From the NCBI GenBank assembly GCA_000092065.1, contig CP000585.1: DNA of 64,000 nucleotides; one strand, written 5' to 3'. This DNA comes from Ostreococcus lucimarinus. Taxonomy: Eukaryota. Position 1 is the first letter of the stretch; every line of letters begins with the position of its first letter. The notes under the pieces were generated by a model that saw only the letters and a program-made list of their open reading frames with translations, had not been told where the DNA came from and ran no database searches. Positions 1 through 10,242 of this stretch are shown in pieces. The position numbers were made by a program, and so were the translations under genes.

Positions 1-1104
1 TAATTCGCGCAGAACCGCCACTGCGTCTCCTTGCGACTGCGCAGAGCTAAGAAACGTCGCAGGAATGTTGAAGTCTTTCACTAAGTGCGATACCTGATCC
101 TGGATGAGAGACAGGAGCGGCGAGCACACGATGGTGACGCCACCTTGTAAAATCGCGGGTAGCATGTAACACAACGACTTCCCACCGCCAGTTGGCATTA
201 AGACGAAACAATCTTCGCCCCGAACGCTCTGCTCGCAAATTTCTCGCTGACAGTGCCGGAACGAGGCATTCTTGAAAATCATCGTGTTCGCTAAATCAAA
301 ATCGTCCATATCTTCCCAATTCGTCGGCACCGCCGTCGACGTGGTGGGACGCTGAACATTCGCTATGTCCGTGTTTCTGCGCACATCCGACGCCGCGACG
401 GTCGTTATCGCGCGCACATTCGCACTCGATCGAACCACGGGCGGCTTCACGCCCGCCATCGCCAGTACAGCCTCCCCGCGTCGAAACTCCACACCGTTGC
501 TCGTGCCTCGCCCGACGAACGCGGGCGCCGTCGACTTCCCGTACCCATTCTCTCTCGTCCACGCCACGCTCCCTCCCAAAACATCTCGACCCGCCACACG
601 CTTCGCTAACTCGCGTTCGCGCTCGGAATCCTCGTCTGAATCGCTCAAAATCACCACGCTCTGACTCGTCGCCGCCGCGTTCGATCGCCGGCGCGTCCTC
701 GGCGGCGACAAATCGCTCTCCGACTCCAACTCCACCACATCAACGCTCGCCGTCGCCACGACATCGCGACCACGTTTCACGCGCTCGCTCTCTTCGCCCG
801 CGTCCTCATCCGCGTCCTCGATCTCATCCTCCGTCGTCTCTTCGTCGTCGTCGCTCTCCGTCAGCTGTCGCTCGCGACAAAACTGCACAAACTCCTCACC
901 CACGATCTCCGCCCGCACCTCGCTCGCGTGCTCGTCGAACGGCTTCAAAAACAACTCCACCGCGCGCGCCGCGACCGCCTCGCGCACCCCGACGCTCGTC
1001 GCGCGCGCGACGAGCTCGCGCTGATTTTTTGAACACTTCCAGCGCCCCGTCGCGCGCTCCCTCGCGGCGGGCGTCGCGCGCTCCCTCGCGGCGCGCTCGA
1101 ACAT
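1..1104 (-). CDS. RecQ-family DNA helicase, N-terminal portion only. The gene continues past window position 1, so its C-terminus is not in this window.
   Basis: Hand translation of the minus frame whose codons end at position 3 gives ...[65 protein letters not shown] (RecQ motif I and Ia region). This is preceded by a long acidic Asp/Glu-rich N-terminal region. The only in-frame ATG found upstream is at 1104-1102; I did not check further upstream. The ORF track does not list this frame because it has no stop inside the window. Confidence 0.7.
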   Translation of the reverse strand, partial: [368 protein letters not shown]

Positions 1105-1272
1105 GGCGGCGATGCCGCTCGCGCGCGGCGCCGCCGTCGCGCGCGGCGCGCGCGCGCGCGCGCGAGACGCCATCGCGCGCGAGTCTGCGGCACTTCGCGT
1201 CGACGAGGACGCGCCGACGCGCCGACGCGACGCGCGCGCGACGACGCCGGGGCGCCGAACGAAACGCGCGGG

Positions 1273-3186
1273 ATGTCGATCGCGGCGCGGGGCGGCGCCG
1301 CGACGCGCGTCGGGCGCGAGCGACGCGCGCGAGGGATGAATCGGACGTGGAATTGGGTCGCGCTCGTCGCGCTCGCGTTCGCCGCGGTGGCGCGCGCGGA
1401 GACGCTCGTTGACGTTGAGCTCGCGGTCGCGGATGACGTCGGCGCGAGCGTGCGCGCGCGCGCGGGACGACGCGCGCTCGGGGCGAAACCGGCGGTGCAG
1501 GCGCCGGAACCGCCGCCGCCGCCGGCGACGAAGAAGGAGCGGTTGCGCGCGCAGTTTGAACTCGCGAGAGAAGACGCGGAACGCGCGCCTTGCGCGCCGA
1601 GTAAGGTGCAGGGCGGACGGGAGGCGAAGTGCGATCACGTGCGCTCGACGGACGCGTGTGACGGGCGGTTGAAGGCGTATTTGGAATACTCGTATTGCGA
1701 CGACGAAGCGTTCGGGATGCAAAACATGGTGACGCCGGTGATCGGGTTGACGCTCATCGCCGTCGCGTCGACGTATGCGTTGGCGGTCGCGGCTGGGACG
1801 TTTTTCGTGCCGGCGTTGGAGTACACGGCGACGTTGATGAAGATTTCTCCGGAAGCCGCGGGGGTGACGCTGTTGGCGTTGGGTAACGGCGCGCCGGATC
1901 TTTACGCGCAAGTGTCAGAATTAAGTGAAGGCGTGCTTCCGGACCTCAACGTCGTCATCGGTTCGACGCTCGGTAGTGGGTTCTTCATCGCCACCGTCGT
2001 GCTCGGCGTGGTGATTCGGGCGTCGCCGAACGCCGTCGTGATTAACAAGGACGCGCTCGGAGCGTCCATGGGATTGTTCGCCGTGGCGAACATCGCTTTG
2101 CTGTTGGCGATGTGCTTCGGTACGTTTAAGATGTGGTATACTATGACGTTCTTCGTCTCCTACGCGACGTACTTTTGCTTCATCGCGTTTCGCGACACCT
2201 CGATTCACGACGCGCAAGGCGACAGGCCGTCGTTGGAAGAGGGCAAGGGGGAAAAGCGACTCGAGCCGTTGTTCGACTTAGCATCGCAAAAAGGTGGTCC
2301 AGATGACATCAAAGGCTCGGTGCGCCCGATGAAGACGACGGCGAAAGACGGTGACGGCATCGTCGCCTCCGCGACGGCGGACATGAATGTGTACGAGAAG
2401 AAGTTGGCTTTGATCACGGTGCCCGTGCGCGTGGCGATGGCGTTCACGATGCCCGTCGTTCGCGCGGGAGACATGGATAAATTTTACGCCGTCACGTTGG
2501 GATTCATCGGACCGTTCTTCTTCTTGTGCGCACCCGGTAACGAATTCATGAGCGTCATCGGGTCGGACGAGGCGACGACGATGTTGTACAACATCGCCGT
2601 CGCCGGCGCGTGCAGCTTTGGCGTCGCCGCCGTCGTCAGCACAAAATACAAAGCGACCCCGCTTCCCGCATCCACAGAATTCGCCTCTATGTTCGCATTC
2701 GTGCAATCCATCTGTTGGATGCACTTGATGTCCAACGAGCTCGTCATGTCGTTGGGTGCGCTCGCGAAAATCTTTGGCATCGACGAAGAAGTTTTCGGCG
2801 TCTCCTTCGTCGCGTGGGGCGACGGCATCGGCGATCTCGTCGCCTGCCACGCCGTCGCCAAGGCTGGTCAAGTCACCATGGCCGTCGTCGCATGTTTTGC
2901 TGGCCCTGTCTTCAACTTGCTCATCGGTCTCGCCAGTTCCATCGCCTTTCTCACCACCATCTTGGGCGACCTCCCTTTCAACGTCAAGCAGGGCGAAATC
3001 GTCTTGGCCGTCGGCTCCCTGTTCTCCGTGATGTTCACCATCTCCCAGCTCCGTCACCGCTCGCCTCGCGAGTTCGAAATCCCACGTTCGTTCGCCAACG
3101 CCGCCTTCGCGACGTACGGCGCGTTTTTGCTCATCTACCTCTTGTGCGAGGCGCGGCTTTTATTCGTCTCCAAGCTCGCGTCGTGA
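1273..3186 (+). CDS. Cation/Ca2+ exchanger (CCX/NCKX6-like Na+/Ca2+ exchanger family).
   Basis: Two alpha-repeat signatures, LLALGNGAPDLYAQV and FVAWGDGIGDLVA, with multiple TM helices on both sides. ATG at 1273. A signal-peptide-like MNRTWNWVALVALAFAAVARA begins at an alternative ATG at 1336. Confidence 0.8.
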   Translation: MSIAARGGAATRVGRERRARGMNRTWNWVALVALAFAAVARAETLVDVELAVADDVGASVRARAGRRALGAKPAVQAPEPPPPPATKKERLRAQFELAREDAERAPCAPSKVQGGREAKCDHVRSTDACDGRLKAYLEYSYCDDEAFGMQNMVTPVIGLTLIAVASTYALAVAAGTFFVPALEYTATLMKISPEAAGVTLLALGNGAPDLYAQVSELSEGVLPDLNVVIGSTLGSGFFIATVVLGVVIRASPNAVVINKDALGASMGLFAVANIALLLAMCFGTFKMWYTMTFFVSYATYFCFIAFRDTSIHDAQGDRPSLEEGKGEKRLEPLFDLASQKGGPDDIKGSVRPMKTTAKDGDGIVASATADMNVYEKKLALITVPVRVAMAFTMPVVRAGDMDKFYAVTLGFIGPFFFLCAPGNEFMSVIGSDEATTMLYNIAVAGACSFGVAAVVSTKYKATPLPASTEFASMFAFVQSICWMHLMSNELVMSLGALAKIFGIDEEVFGVSFVAWGDGIGDLVACHAVAKAGQVTMAVVACFAGPVFNLLIGLASSIAFLTTILGDLPFNVKQGEIVLAVGSLFSVMFTISQLRHRSPREFEIPRSFANAAFATYGAFLLIYLLCEARLLFVSKLAS

Positions 3187-3271
3187 AGTCGCGCGTTGTA
3201 ATCTCATCTCATCGCACTCATCGCGCGCGTTCCGCACACGCGCGCGCGCGACGCCGCACCTCTCGCGCGCG

Positions 3272-3616
3272 ATGTCCCGCTTCCTCTGGGAGACCTCTGG
3301 CGCGTACCGCGCCCTCGTCCGCGTCACCGCGCGCTCAAAACTCGCCATGGGCGTCTTCGTCGTCGTCTCCTGCGTCGCCGTGCCGCTCGGCGCGACGTAC
3401 GCGGTGATGGGCGCGACGAACCCCGAGGGCGCCGAAGACGCGCGCGCGCGAGAGGTGCTCGCGGGACGCGGGATGTCGGGACGACGCGAATCGCTGGACT
3501 CGCGAATGCTGCGAGAGAGGAACAGACAGAATTTGATGGACATGCTGCGAGACGCGAACGATGGAGGAGCCAACATGGACGCGCGGTGGAAAAAGGCGCT
3601 CGGGAAGCGAACGTAG
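3272..3616 (+). CDS. Hypothetical small membrane protein (114 aa, one predicted TM helix GVFVVVSCVAVPLGATYAVMGA).
   Basis: ATG-initiated ORF in the gap between the exchanger gene and the convergent oxidoreductase gene. No recognisable family. Confidence 0.35.
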   Translation: MSRFLWETSGAYRALVRVTARSKLAMGVFVVVSCVAVPLGATYAVMGATNPEGAEDARAREVLAGRGMSGRRESLDSRMLRERNRQNLMDMLRDANDGGANMDARWKKALGKRT

Positions 3617-3690
3617 GGATTTTTGTCGCGCGAAGGGCGTTAGATTTAGGGACTGTATTGCTACTATCGATGATTTTAATTTAATTTAAT

Positions 3691-5109
3691 TTACGGCGCG
3701 CGGCGCGCGTCGAGCGCCCGGAGCGCGCGCTCGGCGACGTCGGCGCCGATCGCGTCCGCGGGTCCGGCGCCCTTGCCCTGACACGCACCGACGGCTATGA
3801 TGTTCGCGCCTGGGCCTAGTGTTTGAATTTTCAACGAACCGTCGTCGGACGTGGAGTACGCGCACGCCTTGGACGTCAAGCTTTGGAAATTCGTCGAAGG
3901 AAACAAGTGGAATAAGATTTCTTGGAGCTGATCCGCCACGACTTCGTCGCCGTCGCTGGACATCCAATCCGCGAGCTCGCGTTCGGTGCGAGCCCAACTC
4001 GGGTCGCTCTTGTCGAAGTAGTCGAGCGGGCCTCCACCGATCTTGATGTACCACCCCGGCGCGGGTTCGGGGCCCGGGTAATAAATCGGCGGCAACACGT
4101 AGACGGATTTCGCCTCGTTCACGCTGTGATCGCTCCCTCCGCCCGACGACGCGCGCACGCGCGCCGCATCGAGCACGGCTCGAGGTACCTCGTACTTGAT
4201 CGTGGGCATCGTCGCGAGCGCGCCGAGCGCTTCGGACTCGAGCACCTCGGCGAGTAAAACGGTGCGCCGCGCGATTTTCACGTCGCCGAAATCCGCGCTC
4301 GCGTCGTCCGTCAATAACCCGCACTCGCGCGCCAGGGGCTCGGTGTAGAACCCACACGCGAGCACACACACGTCACACGCGTACGTCTCCCCCGTGGACG
4401 TGCGCACCTCGCACTCGCCCGTCGCCGCGTTCGATTCCACGCGTTCGCACGTCGTCCGCGTCACCGTCGCCCTCCCCTCGCTCGCCCTCCGCATCAGCGC
4501 GTTCTGCGCCGCTCGCATCGCGTGCGGGTTCACGTACCCCCCGACTTCGTCCCACACCGCCTCGTACTCGCTCGGAATCCCATCTCGCGCGAGAAATCCC
4601 CACGCCTCCGCGACGCCGCCGTCCGCGTTCGTCCTTCGCTCGTGCGTCACCCCTCGCGCTCGCAACCGCGCCGCCCCTCGCTCCACGAACGCCTCGCTCC
4701 CGATCGCCAGCGACCCTTTACGCGTGAAAAACTGTATCCCGCTCAGTCGCTCCGCTTCCTCGAACCCATCGATCGATCGCGCGTTCAGCGCCGTCCACTC
4801 GTCTCGTCCCTCCGCGTCGAGCGGCCGCGCGATGCGTCCCAGATCATCGCTCCCGCTCCGCAGCCGCTCGCTGTCCAGCACCGCCACGCGCAGCTCCGGT
4901 CGACGCTCGCTGACGTGCCTCGCGCACGCCGCGCCGATCGGCCCGTTCCCGGCGACGACGACGTCGACGCGCGTCGCCGTGCGTGGGTCCTCGTTCATTC
5001 GCGCCGTCGCGTCGCGTCGCCCGCGGTCACCGCGCCGCGCGCGCGACGCGACGCGACGGCGCGCGACGCCCGCTCGCGTCGTCGACGCGCCCGCGCCCGC
5101 GCGCGACAT
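3691..5109 (-). CDS. FAD-dependent oxidoreductase (DAO/sarcosine-oxidase-like).
   Basis: N-terminal dinucleotide-binding fold VDVVVAGNGPIGAACARHV...VAVLDSER. The track start at 5151 is GTG. The first ATGs are at 5109 (MSRAGAGAS..., Arg/Ser-rich presequence-like) and 4998 (MNEDP...). Confidence 0.7.
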   Translation of the reverse strand: MSRAGAGASTTRAGVARRRVASRARRGDRGRRDATARMNEDPRTATRVDVVVAGNGPIGAACARHVSERRPELRVAVLDSERLRSGSDDLGRIARPLDAEGRDEWTALNARSIDGFEEAERLSGIQFFTRKGSLAIGSEAFVERGAARLRARGVTHERRTNADGGVAEAWGFLARDGIPSEYEAVWDEVGGYVNPHAMRAAQNALMRRASEGRATVTRTTCERVESNAATGECEVRTSTGETYACDVCVLACGFYTEPLARECGLLTDDASADFGDVKIARRTVLLAEVLESEALGALATMPTIKYEVPRAVLDAARVRASSGGGSDHSVNEAKSVYVLPPIYYPGPEPAPGWYIKIGGGPLDYFDKSDPSWARTERELADWMSSDGDEVVADQLQEILFHLFPSTNFQSLTSKACAYSTSDDGSLKIQTLGPGANIIAVGACQGKGAGPADAIGADVAERALRALDARRAP

Positions 5110-5295
5110 GTCGCGCGCGACTCTGCCGCGACGCCGTCGGCGCGGCTGCACGAAACGAAGACGCGTCGCTCACGAATCAATCAATCGGTGGTAATACAAC
5201 GCGAATCGCGTCGACGCGTCGACGCGACGCGATTCGGGCGACGACCGGTGCGTCGCCTCACCGCGCGTCGCGCCCGCGGTCGCTCGGACGCCTCG

Positions 5296-5631
5296 CTAAA
5301 TCCCGTCGCCTCCGCCCCGCGCGCGTCCTCGCAGCAGCGTCGCCTTGGCCTCGTTGATCTTCGTGCTCAGAAACGCCGACCCGCCCGCGTCGGGATGGTT
5401 CGCCATCATCACGCGTCGGTGCGCGTCGAGCACGCGCTGCCGCGCCGCGCCCTCGCGGACGCCGAGGATGAGCGCGGCTTCGCGCCGGGTCATCGTCGCC
5501 TCGAATCCGCCGTGGTAAAACGCGCGCGCGCGCGGGCCGGCGAGCGCCCACGCCTCGACCGTCGTCACGACGGCGCGCGCGGCGAGCGCGGTCGCGGCGA
5601 CGGCGAGGCCGGTGACCAGGGGCGTGGCCAT
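5296..5631 (-). CDS. TIM14: Mitochondrial import motor J-protein TIM14/PAM18.
   Basis: MATPLVTGLAVAATALAARAV TM segment, then a J-domain with HPD: ...TRREAALILGV...RRVMMANHPDAGGSAFLSTKINEAKATLL. The ATG at 5631 is verified. It is divergent from the AQR gene with about 157 bp between the start codons. Confidence 0.8.
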   Translation of the reverse strand: MATPLVTGLAVAATALAARAVVTTVEAWALAGPRARAFYHGGFEATMTRREAALILGVREGAARQRVLDAHRRVMMANHPDAGGSAFLSTKINEAKATLLRGRARGGGDGI

Positions 5632-5788
5632 CCGCGCCGCGCGTCGAGGAGTGACGACATCGGCGACGCCCCGCGACCGCATTCGACGACGTGCGCGCGA
5701 CCGCGACGCGTCGATCGCGGCGATCGCGGCCGCGACGCGCGACGGACGCGCGCGAGACCGCGCGAGGGACGTCGACGGGGGTCTCGCG

Positions 5789-8700
5789 ATGCCGCCGCGA
5801 CGGTCGGCGCGGTCGAAATCGCCGGCGAAAGCGACGAAGGATGCGATTGCGAACGCGGCGGCGGACGCGACGGCGACGAAACGACGACCGGACGCGCGCG
5901 AGGCGACGGACGAGGGCGCGCGGACGGTGAAAGCGGCGCGAACGGCGCGAGGGACGGCGGCGGGGCGGGGGAGCGCGCGTGGGGGGGGTAGTAGAGGGTT
6001 GACGACGCGCGCGATCGAGGACGACGCGCTGTTCGCGACGGCGCGAGAGACGTGGCGGCGAAACGACGGCGAAGCGGCGTACGACGGCGAGGTGGTGCGA
6101 AAGATTTACGAGGAGGAGCTTGGGGGGGGGAGAGCGGCGGCGGCGACGGGGCGATTGCAGGTTTTGGACGCGACGGGGTACGCGGAACGGTTTCTCGCCG
6201 TCGGCGCGCGCGATCGAGGGAATTGCGATCGAGCGCTCGTGATGTCGGTGATTTTAGGGGTGAATGAAAAGTTTCGACAAGGCGTGGACGGATTCGGGGC
6301 GTTCGCGGGAGAGGAAGGCGCGACGGCGTTTCGGAACGCGCTCGAGAGCGCGCTCGACGCGTACGCGTCGTTGACGACGATCGAGAAGACGGCGTGCTTG
6401 ATGTTCCTCATCAAGACGTTTGCGAGTTTGGAAAACGAAGCCGTGCGCGCGGTTGCGCTGCCGTTGGTGTCGCTGCCGCTGTGGAACAAACTCAGCGAAG
6501 GGCGTTTGCAATTGGAATTGACCAAGCACGAGTCGCTCGCGAAGCATCACTCGAAAATGTTGAAAAAGGAAGCCAAGACGGCGAAAAAGGCGGCCGAAGC
6601 GGGAGAAGCGCACGTGCCGATCGGAGAACGCCGCGAGTCGTGCTGGCTCGTGCGCGTGATTGATGATTTCGTGTCGTACGCCTCGGACGCGACGGACGAG
6701 GACGGCGTGCGCTTTTGCGAACGGTTCATGGAGTTGGTGATTGATTTACTCTCTCAGCTCCCCACGCGTCGCTTCACGCGCACGCTCATGAGCGACAAGG
6801 CGTTGCTCGTGAAAGCACGCATGGTTCCGTTGTACACGGCCCCGAACGGTCGCCTGTACGCGCAGTTGGTCGATTTGTTCACATTTTACCAGTACTTTGA
6901 AATCGACGATCACACGGGCGCGGCGCTCAAAGACGAAGAAGTCGCGTCCGCACACTACGATCGCTTGCTTCAGCTGCAAAGGTTAGCGTTCAAGTACATC
7001 CCAAAGTTGAAAGATCTCGCGCTCGGGAACTGCGCTGGGATCGAGAGAAGAAAGAACTTGATTCAGCACCTCGCCGTGCTCGAGCCCGAGGAGTTGTTCA
7101 AGCTCGTCACAGCGCAGCTTCGTTTGGTGGATCCGAATGATCCGTGGGCGAAGGACCCGAAATTTTTGTTAGAGGTCATGGTCAACGTGTTCGAAAAAAG
7201 GCGCAGTCAGCGCCAGATGATAAACTCCATGCCGCTCTACCCGAACGAGGACGTTTTGTGGAACGAAAACATCATTCCGAGCATCGAGTACGACGGTCAG
7301 GGCGCGTTGGCGTTGCCCAAACTCAACTTGCAGTTTTTGACCATGCACGATTACTTGCTTCGAAATTTCAACTTGTTCCGCCTGGAAGCGACGTATGAAA
7401 TTCGCGAGGACCTAGCTGATGTGTTGAAGCGCATGCAGCCCGTCGGCGATGGCAGCGGTGCTCGCGCGCGTTTCAACGGCTGGGCGCGTATGGCGATAGA
7501 AATTCCTTCTAACGGCGTCGAAGTCGTTGAGGTATGTAAGCCGAACGTCGGTGAATCGAAGCCTGCCGCGGTGACGATTGAGGTTTCAGTGGACTTTAAA
7601 AATGCGCGTCCTGACGTGCGAGAGGAATGGGATCGATTGCGCGTGCATGACGTCGTCTTTATGCTCGACTGCGAGGGCGTCGGTCCGAGCTCGAGCGAAG
7701 CTAAGAATCCTGGAGAAAAGTTCGGTCTTCGCCACGTGCGCGGTGCCGAAGTGATTGATATTCGTGATGGGTATGGGACGTACTTGAAAGAGTTTAGGTC
7801 AAGAAATCCGAACCCACGCGAAGACGACAAGCCACCGAAAACCGTCACCGGAACGCGTCGCATCTTTACGCTTGCGCTCGACACGGCGCAGTATCAAATG
7901 GACGTGAACAAGCAGAAAGAAGGAGGCGAAAACGTCTACAATCGACTGAACGTGCTCGTTCGCCGCGAAGCGAAAGAAAATAACTTCAAGGCGATCCTGG
8001 CGTGCATTCGAGACTTGATGAACACCGACGTCAGCGTTCCAGAGTGGCTGCACGACGTGTTTTTGGGTTACGGCGATCCCTCCGCCGCTGCGTTGTTGAA
8101 CACACACGAAGCCTTGCACACGATTGATTTCAAAGACACTTTCTTGGATGAGCAACACCTAGTGGAATCGTTCCCGAATCATAAAGTTTCGTGGAAGAAC
8201 AAGGCGAAGAAGCACATCGCACCATTTCGCGTCACGTTTCCGAAACCGGAAGACGAGACTCAAGACACAATTGAAGTGGAATCGTACGTCCGTCCTGATC
8301 CCGGTCCGTATCCGGAAGATCAGCCGAACACGAACCAAGTTCGTTTCACGCCCGTACAAGTTGAAGCGATTCGCGCCGGGTTAAACCCGGGATTGACCAT
8401 GGTCGTCGGTCCGCCCGGTACGGGGAAGACGGATACGGCGGCGCAAATCATGCACTGCCTGTACCACAACGAGCCGGGTCAGCGTACGCTTCTCATCACG
8501 CATTCCAACGCGGCGCTGAACGACTTATTCATCAAGCTTCTTCAGCGCGATGTCCCAGCGCGCTATTTGTTGCGTCTCGGCCAAGGCGAATCCGAACTCG
8601 ACACAGACTTGAGTTTTACTCGCGCCGGCCGCGTCGACGCCATGTTGACCAAGCGCTTGGAGATTTTGGCTGAAGTCGAAAAGCTCGCGGATTCGATCGG

Positions 8701-10072
8701 GCTCAATGGTGAGGATGTTGCGTACACGTGTGAAACTGCGGGATTCTTTTGGAAAATTCACGTGCTGGCGAAGTGGGAAAAGTTCACCGCCGACTTTGAT
8801 GCGAGCGACGAAAAGAACTTCGTGGAGACGTCGTTCCCATTTAAGGATTATTTCGCCTCGGCGCCGAACCAGCCACTTTTCTTGGGCAAAGACAAAGAAG
8901 AAGACTTTTCGCGCGCAAAAGGCTGCATGCGGCATCTGCAGGTGATGTTCACCGCCTTGGAAGAGTGTCGGGCGTTCGAATTACTTCGTACGCAAGGCGA
9001 CCGCTCCGAGTACTTGCTCACCAAGCAAGCGAAGATCATCGCCATGACGTGCACGCACGCCGCGTTGAAGAGACATGATTTCATCAAGCAGAGCTTGCGA
9101 TACGACAACTTGATCATCGAAGAAGGCGCTCAGATTCTCGAAATCGAAACCTTCATACCGATGTTACTTCAGAAGAATGAAGACGGTCACTCGCGTCTCA
9201 AGCGCGTCGTCATGATTGGCGATCACAACCAGCTTCCACCCGTGGTGAAGCACATGGCGTTTCAAAAGTATTCGAACATGGATCAATCCATGTTCGCTCG
9301 CTTCGTGCGTTTGGGTACGCCGTACACGCAGCTTGACGCGCAAGGTCGTGCGCGCACCGAGTTGGCCAACTTGTACAACTGGCGTTACAAAAACTTGGGC
9401 AACCTCCCGAACACGCAAACGGGGCCGTACACGCTCGCGAACGCGGGATTCGCCCATCCGTTGCAATTCGTGGATGTTCGTGGAGAAGAGTCGACACCGA
9501 CGCCGTTCTTCTACCAGAATCTCACCGAAGCGGAGTATATCGTCAGCGTGTACCAATACATGCGCATGTGCGGCTACCCGGCTGAGAAGATTTCCATCTT
9601 GACGACGTACAACGGGCAAAAGAATTTGCTTTGCGACGTCGTGAATCAAAGGTGCACGAATCACCCGTTATTCGGCGCGCCCGCTCACGTCACGACCGTG
9701 GACAAGTTCCAAGGCCAACAAAACGACTTCATTTTGCTTTCGTTGGTGCGCAGCAAGACTGTCGGTCACTTGCGAGACGTCCGTCGTATGGTCGTTGCGT
9801 TTTCGCGCGCGCGATTCGGCTTGTACGTCTTCGGCAACTGCGACATGTTCTCCGAGTGTTTCGAGTTAGCGCCGGCGTTCGAGACGCTGGCCAAGTACCC
9901 TACCACACTCGAATTGTGTGTGGGCGAAAAGTACGGCGCGTGCGATCGCAAGACGAGCGATCAAGGCGAAAATACCGAAACAATCGCCGACGGCGCCGCC
10001 ATGGGTTCGGCGGTAAACACGCTTGCGTCGCAGTGGCAAGCGAGCCAAATGGCGGTGCACGCCAAAAAATAG
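5789..10072 (+). CDS. AQR: Intron-binding protein Aquarius (AQR) RNA helicase.
   Basis: Strong similarity across the AQR helicase core: MVVGPPGTGKTDTAAQIMHCLYHNEPGQRTLLITHSNAALNDLFIKLL...YTCETAGFFW...VMIGDHNQLPPVV...TVDKFQGQQNDFILLSLVRS. The track start at 5612 is GTG. The first ATG is at 5789. Confidence 0.9.
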   Translation: MPPRRSARSKSPAKATKDAIANAAADATATKRRPDAREATDEGARTVKAARTARGTAAGRGSARGGGSRGLTTRAIEDDALFATARETWRRNDGEAAYDGEVVRKIYEEELGGGRAAAATGRLQVLDATGYAERFLAVGARDRGNCDRALVMSVILGVNEKFRQGVDGFGAFAGEEGATAFRNALESALDAYASLTTIEKTACLMFLIKTFASLENEAVRAVALPLVSLPLWNKLSEGRLQLELTKHESLAKHHSKMLKKEAKTAKKAAEAGEAHVPIGERRESCWLVRVIDDFVSYASDATDEDGVRFCERFMELVIDLLSQLPTRRFTRTLMSDKALLVKARMVPLYTAPNGRLYAQLVDLFTFYQYFEIDDHTGAALKDEEVASAHYDRLLQLQRLAFKYIPKLKDLALGNCAGIERRKNLIQHLAVLEPEELFKLVTAQLRLVDPNDPWAKDPKFLLEVMVNVFEKRRSQRQMINSMPLYPNEDVLWNENIIPSIEYDGQGALALPKLNLQFLTMHDYLLRNFNLFRLEATYEIREDLADVLKRMQPVGDGSGARARFNGWARMAIEIPSNGVEVVEVCKPNVGESKPAAVTIEVSVDFKNARPDVREEWDRLRVHDVVFMLDCEGVGPSSSEAKNPGEKFGLRHVRGAEVIDIRDGYGTYLKEFRSRNPNPREDDKPPKTVTGTRRIFTLALDTAQYQMDVNKQKEGGENVYNRLNVLVRREAKENNFKAILACIRDLMNTDVSVPEWLHDVFLGYGDPSAAALLNTHEALHTIDFKDTFLDEQHLVESFPNHKVSWKNKAKKHIAPFRVTFPKPEDETQDTIEVESYVRPDPGPYPEDQPNTNQVRFTPVQVEAIRAGLNPGLTMVVGPPGTGKTDTAAQIMHCLYHNEPGQRTLLITHSNAALNDLFIKLLQRDVPARYLLRLGQGESELDTDLSFTRAGRVDAMLTKRLEILAEVEKLADSIGLNGEDVAYTCETAGFFWKIHVLAKWEKFTADFDASDEKNFVETSFPFKDYFASAPNQPLFLGKDKEEDFSRAKGCMRHLQVMFTALEECRAFELLRTQGDRSEYLLTKQAKIIAMTCTHAALKRHDFIKQSLRYDNLIIEEGAQILEIETFIPMLLQKNEDGHSRLKRVVMIGDHNQLPPVVKHMAFQKYSNMDQSMFARFVRLGTPYTQLDAQGRARTELANLYNWRYKNLGNLPNTQTGPYTLANAGFAHPLQFVDVRGEESTPTPFFYQNLTEAEYIVSVYQYMRMCGYPAEKISILTTYNGQKNLLCDVVNQRCTNHPLFGAPAHVTTVDKFQGQQNDFILLSLVRSKTVGHLRDVRRMVVAFSRARFGLYVFGNCDMFSECFELAPAFETLAKYPTTLELCVGEKYGACDRKTSDQGENTETIADGAAMGSAVNTLASQWQASQMAVHAKK

Positions 10073-10242
10073 TCAACCATCTTAGGCGATTATCGTTGTC
10101 AAATAAGCAGGATCGATCATGGATTCAAACCCTTCCCTCGACGCATTCGCTTCGCGCCTGGAATCCTCCGTCGCTTCGCGCGAGACTGAGATTCCGAAAA
10201 TCCCTCAAAGATCTCCATTCGCGCGCGCGCCCATCGTCCGCG